Positions 57,665 through 64,000 of a stretch of DNA of 64,000 bases are shown here, in pieces. The DNA is from a virus: positions 103,585-167,584 of the IMG/VR virus record IMGVR_UViG_3300042484_002041. One strand, given 5' to 3'. The position numbers and the translations under genes were made by a program. Numbering within the stretch: the stretch's first letter is position 1; every line of letters begins with the position of its first letter. The notes below the pieces were generated by a model, which was not told the origin of the DNA, did no database searches, and saw only the letters and a program-made list of their open reading frames with translations.

Positions 57665-58501
57665 TTAGGAGGCGGCTCCGAAAAAATTTGACATATCAAG
57701 TGTGAATTGCTGGTCGTAGTCATTGCCGCAACTGGTGCACTTGATATGTAGTGGCTGCATTTCAGCCTGTTTCTTGATCTTGATGATCTGATCACGGATC
57801 ACAGCAAACACCTTGCGATCGCAGTTGGCTAACCACTCGTTAATGTGCTCTTGCTCAACCACACGCACCTGCGGCGTCTGCACCATGGCAATGCTCTGTG
57901 CCAGGGCCTGTGTGGTAAACATAGTGATCTTCTTTAGCATGTCGCCAATCTCTTTGAGACGGGTCTCATCTTCTGCACCGGCCTGTTGCAGCATGGCCAT
58001 GGTCTTTTGATCGGCAAACTGCGCCATGCTGTTTTCGTTGATCTGTTGGTAACTCATGGGCTTCAAGAACACCTTGAGTTCGCCCACGTCAATGCCAGAA
58101 GTGTAATCAGGTCTCCCGATAGTTTCCATCACAGTGCGCAAGTCCACGCCATACTCGTCCTCGTTTGCACAACCAGGACAGGTGGTGTTGATGTCCATCT
58201 CGTGCCCGTAGGTGGCGATTCTGATAGCAATCAATACAGTATCAATGTCCATAGCCGGCATGCCCCAGGCACTTTTGATATTGGGAATACAGCTTTCAAT
58301 CACCGAGTTCACAGCGTTGCCATTGAACAGTGCGTCTGGTGTTCGATAAGTGATCTCATCCAGTGTGGTCATTGGCAACACTGGGTATTCATTGTTGGCT
58401 GTGGGTTCCAGGGCGCCTTCTTGGTAGAATCGCCCGCCGCTGGGCAGTTGGATATAAATTGAAGGTTGGCGAAAATACTGTTTTAAAGGGTTAGTTTCCA
58501 T
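57665..58501 (-). CDS. gp26: Baseplate hub assembly chaperone (T4 gp26-like)
   Basis: IQLPSGG...PMTTLDEI...DIDTVLIAIRIATYG...CPGC...CTSCG...DMSNFF. Start placed at ATG 58501, downstream of the late promoter. Confidence 0.75.
   Translation of the reverse strand: METNPLKQYFRQPSIYIQLPSGGRFYQEGALEPTANNEYPVLPMTTLDEITYRTPDALFNGNAVNSVIESCIPNIKSAWGMPAMDIDTVLIAIRIATYGHEMDINTTCPGCANEDEYGVDLRTVMETIGRPDYTSGIDVGELKVFLKPMSYQQINENSMAQFADQKTMAMLQQAGAEDETRLKEIGDMLKKITMFTTQALAQSIAMVQTPQVRVVEQEHINEWLANCDRKVFAVIRDQIIKIKKQAEMQPLHIKCTSCGNDYDQQFTLDMSNFFGAAS
57680..57686 (-). other. Putative -1 programmed ribosomal frameshift heptamer U UUU UUC
   Basis: AAT TTT TTC GGA GCC GCC TCC TAA; the -1 frame reads RSRLLTLTPERVVKTIEG... 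into the 57450 ORF. Confidence 0.65.
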
Positions 58502-58514
58502 GAGTTTGAGTTTG

Positions 58515-58543
58515 AGTAAATACGATGTAGCTGTATATTTATA
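58515..58543. promoter_or_regulatory. Pair of late promoters for the divergent gp26-like and tape-measure genes
   Basis: AGTAAATA on plus (58515-22) and TATAAATA on minus (58536-43). Confidence 0.65.
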
Positions 58544-58554
58544 GGTAAAAAATC

Positions 58555-61500
58555 GTGGACCCACAAATTCAAGAACTAATCGAGCGCATGCGTGAGCTAG
58601 TTGCGACTATTAGAGCAACTAGTAAGACTAGCACCGTCGGCACTGGATCAGGCGATGATACTGGCGGTGATGCCGCCAAAGCATTTACACGTGGGTCGGA
58701 CAAGATTGTAAATGCAATGGCTACTCTAGCGCTCAAGTTAGATGGCAGAGCTAGAACCACCCGTGAAGAGACTCTAGCGGTCAACAGGTTTGCCAAGCAA
58801 GTTGAAAAGATTACTTCAAAACAAGATGCTGCTGCTAAGAAAATTGAAGAGGCGGCAGCGGCGGCGGCAAAAGCATTGGCTGACGCAGCCGAAGCTGCAA
58901 GATTAGCAGCACGAACAGATCAGCAAATTGCTGCCGATAAACGATCAGCAAATATTAAACAGTTAAGCGCCGGTGCACAAGATGCGAGAAAAGGTCGCGA
59001 AGGTGCTGCAGGAGTCTTCAAAGATTTTGAAGATCTAGGCACCGGAAGCCAGCTGCTTAAAGATAAATTCATGTCTCTAGGCGGAAATAGCATGACAGCC
59101 CAGATTGGGTTGCAAGCACTAGCAGCCGGCGCAGAAGGTGTAGTCAAAAGTCTTGCCGGGTTTGGCTCGGCATTAGATAAAGGACAACGAGGCGCAGCAG
59201 TTAGTGCACAGGCTTTCAGTGACTTGGTAACTCCTTTGCTTGATTTTGCTGACACCATTGGCAAAATCATAACTGTTGCATCTTTCTTTCTCCCGGGAGG
59301 TGCATTAGGTAAAGTATTATTTAAAGGTGCGGTAGCAGCCGGTGGCGCCCTAATTAGTTTGGGCAGTTCTGCTGGTAAACTTTCTCTTGAGTATATAAAA
59401 GTATCTGCGGCTGCAGCAGACGCCCTATTCAAGAGCTTTAATTCACTAAGCGAAGCTGGCGCAACCACTGCTGGCGGCATGGATGATGTATTTGTACAGC
59501 TTCAAACGCTGGGCATGACACTGTCGGAGATTGACAAGTTCACCACCCTCATTGGTAAGAACAGCAAGGTACTATCACAGTTTGGTGCCACTGCAGCCGA
59601 AGGCGCAAAGTTGTTTAGTGAAGTAGCCGGCACATTGGTCAAAAGTGATCTTGGAACGCAGCTTAACCAGCTAGGTATTACCGCTGATGAACAGCGTGAA
59701 TCGGCCCTGGCTTACATGAACATTCAAGCCAAGACCGGACAGCTTAATTTAAAGAACACAAAACAATTAATAGAAGAATCAGGCAAGTTTGTTAAAGAAC
59801 TTGACATGGCTGCTAGACTCACTGGCGCCACGCGCAAAGAACAACAGGAAGCTAGAGAATCTGCACAGACAGAATCACGTTTTCGCGCAGCGCAAATTGA
59901 AGCAGAGCAAAATGGCGATACAGAGCGACAAGCTGAATTAGAAGTTATACAACGCACGTTCGCCCTTGCAAGGCCTTTTGTTGGCGAGGAAGCAGCGAAA
60001 GGTGTATTACAGATTGGAGCAAGCGGCGGCGCCATGACAACCGACGCGGCTATTGCTGCTCAACAATCGCTTGGCGTAACAAAAATAATGCAAGAACGGC
60101 AAGATAAAGGTTCAATTACCGACGAACGTATAATGCAGATAATGGCAGAAACGGCCGATGCACAACGAAAAAGTACCCTTGGTACTAGTAAGTTTATTGG
60201 TGATATAAAAACACAAATTGATAATGCAGGGATAGACGATTTAATAAAACGAAATAAAGCACTTACTACAGGTGCTGCCGAGGCCGGATTCACTGGCCCT
60301 GATGCACGCGAAAAGTATTTGCAAAAGGAACTCGACGACCGAAAAACCAAACCTACCCAACCAGGTAGTACTACCGGGGCCATGGTTGGTGCAGATCGCG
60401 CACAGCAGTCAGCAGCCATGATGATGGACAGCGCCAAAGCGGTAGGAATGGCTGCATCGGTGAATCAACGTGCGTCTACTGCCTTTGCTGATGCAGTGAA
60501 AATGTTTAGTAAGACTGTTGGTGCCAAACAGCCCACGGGCGGAACATACTCTAACGCAGAACTGGGCACTACAGGTACGCTGGGCACTCCAGGTACGCTG
60601 GGAACTCCTGGTACTCTGACCACGCCTGCTACGCTGGGCACAGCGCCGACCCCGAATGCGCCGCAAGGACGGACCGAAACTGGTGCTCCTATCTCTCCGA
60701 TCGCTGCAATACAGACAAGTGCAATAGCCGAATCTCGTAAAGCCGCTGATGCAGCTAGAGAAAAAGCTATAGATGCAGTTAAGAAGCACGAAGAAGCCAA
60801 AGCAGAATTAGATATATTTAAAAAAGCCAATGCTAGCAGAGAACAAATAGCAGCAGTTGAAGCCAGACTTGCTGTATTGGCTAAAGAACGCGAAAAAGCC
60901 GAACAAGACGAGAGTGCTGCTTCGAGAAAAGTATCAACGCAAGCTACAGCATTAAGAGCTCAACAAAACAAGGATGCGCAAGAATACAACAAGTGGTTAA
61001 ACGGGAATGTCAATGAAAGCAAAAAAATTGGCACAACACTTGTTACTGATGAAGCCACACGACAGGTCTATGCATTTGATGAAGCTAAACTTGCAGAAAC
61101 TGATCGAGACAATTACGAACGATTTGTTAAACGAAAAGAACAACTGATCAAAGATGGCATTGAAAACTTTGAAAAAATTAATAAGATTAAGGCTGGGGAA
61201 GTTAGCGACGCAGAAAAAGAAAAAATCAAAGCAATTGCCCGTGCTCAAGCAGCCAAGGAGTTTACACCAGCAGCCGTAGAAACTGGTGCAGCTACTGTCA
61301 TGAAGACGACATTGCCGGCTGTTCCGACCACACCAACTGCACCGGCTGCAGCAGTATCAGCATCGACTGCAGCTGGTGCACCACCGCCAACTGTTAAACC
61401 CTCTGCACCACTGCCACCTGCACCACCGCCACCTGCACCACCGGTATCAGCATCGACTGCAGCTGGTGCACCACCGCCAACTGTTAAACCCTCTGCACCA

Positions 61501-62703
61501 CTGCCACCTGCACCACCGGTACTACCGCCAACTGAACAAACTGCTCCGCGTACTAAAGTAGCAGGGACTCCTAAACAGCCAGCAATCTCGGGCCAACTAA
61601 AAGAAGATTTACTATCTCAGTTGTCTGCTAGCGGAATTACAAGTAAAACCGCTCATGCAAATATTTTAGGGAATTTAGAAGCTGAGTCAAAAGGTAATGC
61701 AAGTGCAAGCGAAAGTTTAAATTATAGTCCTGAACGACTGTTGGCTGTTTTCCCTAAGAAATTTAAAGATTTAAACGATGCCAAAGAATTAGTAGCACAG
61801 GGACAAGAAGCAGTAGGTAACCGCGTATATGGCGGTCGAATGGGCAATCAATCTGATGAGGGATATATGTACCGGGGCCGTGGTTTAGTTCAACTAACTG
61901 GAAAAGACAACTACATAAAGTTTAGTAAGTTACTGAATATGCCAGACTTGGTAAAAAATCCAAACTTAGCAGCAGATCCAGAAATTTCTAAAAAGATTGC
62001 TGTTGCATTCTTTAGCGAGATGCAAAAAGGAGGAACTGATCTTACTGATATTTCTGCAGTCGGTAAAGGAGTTGGGTATGCTGGCGGCCAAGAAGAAACT
62101 AATAAAAGAGCAAATTTAGCAACCAACTACATGGCTACCGGCGGGGTAGTTAAATCAACACCGGGCGGGGTAGGAGTAGTAGCCGGGGAAGCAGGACGAA
62201 ACGAAGCGTTTGTGCCGCTGCCCGACGGTAAGTCAATCCCGGTTGTGATAAAGGATGTACAAAACTTATCCACCGAAATATCTGGATTGTCTAAACTAAT
62301 TGCCGGAATCTATGACACTGTAACACCATTCTTAAAATCAGATGATAACACTGCAACCTTGGCCAAGAGACAGATGCCGGTTGCACCTGATCTTGCAAAT
62401 TTAGCTGGCGTCAACACTCCGAACTTGGGCGAGATTACTGCTCCTAGTATCGACCGGGCTGATGTGACTTCTAATAACATTGGTAAATTAATCGACGAGC
62501 TCAAAGAGCAAAATAAATCCAACCTGAAGGATGCAATGAGTTCAGTTGCCGGCGAGTTAAAAGATGCATTAAAAGGCATGTCTCCGCAGTCACAGGATAA
62601 CTCAGCTAGTCAAGATCTTGTGGCAGCAGTGAACGAAATGGTACGGACACAGCGCGATACCAATGCAATCAGCTCTCGGATACTGCAAGTAAGCCAGAAC
62701 TAA
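58555..62703 (+). CDS. Tape-measure-like protein with C-terminal GH19 (chitinase/lysozyme) domain
   Basis: Long Ala-rich helical region; ESLNYSPERL...YGGRMGN...YRGRGLVQLTGKDNY (GH19); MATGGVV...AGEAGRNEAFVPL. Confidence 0.82.
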   Translation: MDPQIQELIERMRELVATIRATSKTSTVGTGSGDDTGGDAAKAFTRGSDKIVNAMATLALKLDGRARTTREETLAVNRFAKQVEKITSKQDAAAKKIEEAAAAAAKALADAAEAARLAARTDQQIAADKRSANIKQLSAGAQDARKGREGAAGVFKDFEDLGTGSQLLKDKFMSLGGNSMTAQIGLQALAAGAEGVVKSLAGFGSALDKGQRGAAVSAQAFSDLVTPLLDFADTIGKIITVASFFLPGGALGKVLFKGAVAAGGALISLGSSAGKLSLEYIKVSAAAADALFKSFNSLSEAGATTAGGMDDVFVQLQTLGMTLSEIDKFTTLIGKNSKVLSQFGATAAEGAKLFSEVAGTLVKSDLGTQLNQLGITADEQRESALAYMNIQAKTGQLNLKNTKQLIEESGKFVKELDMAARLTGATRKEQQEARESAQTESRFRAAQIEAEQNGDTERQAELEVIQRTFALARPFVGEEAAKGVLQIGASGGAMTTDAAIAAQQSLGVTKIMQERQDKGSITDERIMQIMAETADAQRKSTLGTSKFIGDIKTQIDNAGIDDLIKRNKALTTGAAEAGFTGPDAREKYLQKELDDRKTKPTQPGSTTGAMVGADRAQQSAAMMMDSAKAVGMAASVNQRASTAFADAVKMFSKTVGAKQPTGGTYSNAELGTTGTLGTPGTLGTPGTLTTPATLGTAPTPNAPQGRTETGAPISPIAAIQTSAIAESRKAADAAREKAIDAVKKHEEAKAELDIFKKANASREQIAAVEARLAVLAKEREKAEQDESAASRKVSTQATALRAQQNKDAQEYNKWLNGNVNESKKIGTTLVTDEATRQVYAFDEAKLAETDRDNYERFVKRKEQLIKDGIENFEKINKIKAGEVSDAEKEKIKAIARAQAAKEFTPAAVETGAATVMKTTLPAVPTTPTAPAAAVSASTAAGAPPPTVKPSAPLPPAPPPPAPPVSASTAAGAPPPTVKPSAPLPPAPPVLPPTEQTAPRTKVAGTPKQPAISGQLKEDLLSQLSASGITSKTAHANILGNLEAESKGNASASESLNYSPERLLAVFPKKFKDLNDAKELVAQGQEAVGNRVYGGRMGNQSDEGYMYRGRGLVQLTGKDNYIKFSKLLNMPDLVKNPNLAADPEISKKIAVAFFSEMQKGGTDLTDISAVGKGVGYAGGQEETNKRANLATNYMATGGVVKSTPGGVGVVAGEAGRNEAFVPLPDGKSIPVVIKDVQNLSTEISGLSKLIAGIYDTVTPFLKSDDNTATLAKRQMPVAPDLANLAGVNTPNLGEITAPSIDRADVTSNNIGKLIDELKEQNKSNLKDAMSSVAGELKDALKGMSPQSQDNSASQDLVAAVNEMVRTQRDTNAISSRILQVSQN
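60562..60642 (+). repeat. Degenerate 18-nt tandem repeat (LGTPGT) inside the tape measure gene
   Basis: ctgggcactacaggtacg / ctgggcactccaggtacg / ctgggaactcctggtact / ctgaccacgcctgctacg. Confidence 0.85.
61354..61518 (+). repeat. Exact 75-nt direct repeat (period 90 nt) encoding a Pro-rich linker
   Basis: 61354-61428 is identical to 61444-61518 (VSASTAAGAPPPTVKPSAPLPPAPP). Confidence 0.92.
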
Positions 62704-62704
62704 C

Positions 62705-62712
62705 AATAAATA
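62705..62712 (+). promoter_or_regulatory. Late promoter AATAAATA upstream of portal
   Basis: TAAATA core directly after the tape-measure stop; a GCCCG/CGGGC hairpin and an AAGGA SD follow. Confidence 0.6.
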
Positions 62713-62761
62713 TAGTGTCAAGCAAGGTGGCCCGATCGTACACGGGCAAAGGATCAAAACA

Positions 62762-64000
62762 ATGGCTGAACAAGAACGCGGTAAAAGTGGCGGGTGGAAA
62801 AAATATTTCAAGGTCGCTAACAACAATGGGCAACTGAGCCCACTGTCGGGCAGGGACTCCGAAGGCCTTCCCGGGTACGGGCGCCAAGACGGACGTGATC
62901 CCATGCGCGGCCACGCGGATGTTGTTTACAGAAACTACGCTAGCCGGCTGCCGGAAGTTTACACAGGCCACCCCAACCGTGTTGAACGTTACAATCAATA
63001 CGAGAACATGGATTCGGACTCAGAGATCAACGCCTGCTTGGACATTCTTGCTGAGTTTTCTACACAAAGTGATACTGACTCTGAAGTACCATTCCAGGTC
63101 AAGTACAATGACAAGCCCACAGATCATGAAGTTGAGATCATCAGGAAACAGCTACAGCAGTGGGTCAAGCTGAACAAGTTTGACCAGCGCATCTTCCGTA
63201 TTTTCCGTAATACCATCAAGTATGGCGATCAAGTGTTTATCCGTGACCCGGAAACATTTGAGCTGTACTGGGTAGACATGACCAAGGTTGCCCGAGTGAT
63301 TGTGAATGAAAGCGAAGGCAAACGGCCCGAGCAGTACATCATTCGTGACATCAACCCCAATTTCCAGAACTTGTCTGTGGCGGTTAAAACAACCAATGAC
63401 TTCCAGCACAACCCAGCCAGCTCGGGATACACTGCACCGTACAACTACAGTGCACCTAACTCTGCAGCAGGCGGGTCTGGCGGCAATAGATTCTCCGCTG
63501 CCATGAACGAAGCAGTAATTGATGCCAAGCACATTGTGCACCTGAGCCTGAGCGAGGGCCTGGACTATTACTGGCCCTTTAGCATGAGCGTGCTGGAGAC
63601 CATATTCCGTGTGTTCAAGCAAAAAGAACTGCTAGAAGATGCTGTGCTGATCTATCGTGTTGCCCGTGCTCCGGAACGCAGAGTATTCAAGATTGACGTT
63701 GGAAACATGCCCAGCCACATGGCAATGGCATTTGTTGAGCGGGTCAAGAACGAGATTCACCAGCGTCGAATTCCCAGTCACACTGGCGGCGGTGCAAACA
63801 TCATGGACAGCAGCTACAATCCGCTGTCTATCAATGAGGATTATTTCTTTCCCCAGACAGCAGACGGACGTGGCAGTTCAGTTGATACCCTGGCAGGCGG
63901 CAGCAACCTGGGCGAAATTGATGACTTGAAGTATTTCAACAACAAGATGTGTCGTGGCCTGCGTGTGCCGTCCAGCTACTTGCCAACAGGACCAGATGAC
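62762..64000 (+). CDS. gp20: Portal vertex protein (T4 gp20-like), runs off the window
   Basis: Not in the ORF track; hand translation MAEQERGKSGGWKKYF...LLEDAVLIYRVARAPERRVFKIDVGNMP...EDYFFP...LAGGSNLGEIDDLKYF...LRVPSSYL. Confidence 0.92.
   Translation, partial: MAEQERGKSGGWKKYFKVANNNGQLSPLSGRDSEGLPGYGRQDGRDPMRGHADVVYRNYASRLPEVYTGHPNRVERYNQYENMDSDSEINACLDILAEFSTQSDTDSEVPFQVKYNDKPTDHEVEIIRKQLQQWVKLNKFDQRIFRIFRNTIKYGDQVFIRDPETFELYWVDMTKVARVIVNESEGKRPEQYIIRDINPNFQNLSVAVKTTNDFQHNPASSGYTAPYNYSAPNSAAGGSGGNRFSAAMNEAVIDAKHIVHLSLSEGLDYYWPFSMSVLETIFRVFKQKELLEDAVLIYRVARAPERRVFKIDVGNMPSHMAMAFVERVKNEIHQRRIPSHTGGGANIMDSSYNPLSINEDYFFPQTADGRGSSVDTLAGGSNLGEIDDLKYFNNKMCRGLRVPSSYLPTGPDD

Noticed and set aside
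60562-61518. Repeats as a CRISPR array or DGR template
   Set aside because: They are in-frame coding repeats without unique spacers; no cas or reverse transcriptase gene is in the window.
1-64000. Stop-codon reassignment
   Set aside because: Genes are long and intact in code 11, and TAG, TGA and TAA all end genes at tight junctions.

Overview
This window is part of a large T4-superfamily (jumbo-type) myophage genome read in standard code 11. It carries a gp55-like late sigma factor, gp46/gp47 nuclease, gp20 portal, baseplate genes (gp5, gp6, gp25, gp26, gp48/54 and gp53-like), a 4822-aa giant virion protein, fibre genes and a tape-measure-like protein with a GH19 domain. About 16.5 kb at the left end, plus cassettes inserted elsewhere, encode a large modification toolkit: six N-terminal-twitch radical SAM enzymes, three GT10-like and three GT-A glycosyltransferases, a UDP-sugar dehydrogenase and epimerase, two SGNH-like and four sulfotransferase-like proteins. 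There is also an ATE_C-like plus amidinotransferase module. The best candidates for something new are (1) a roughly 430-nt, multiply pseudoknotted plus-strand non-coding RNA directly after a small GIY-YIG nuclease gene (53827-54257), (2) the radical-SAM/glycosylation system, and (3) a -1 slippery site (U UUU UUC) that would fuse the gp26-like gene to the small downstream ORF as a G/GT-type tail chaperone pair. All family calls come from motif recognition by eye; no searches or folding programs were run.
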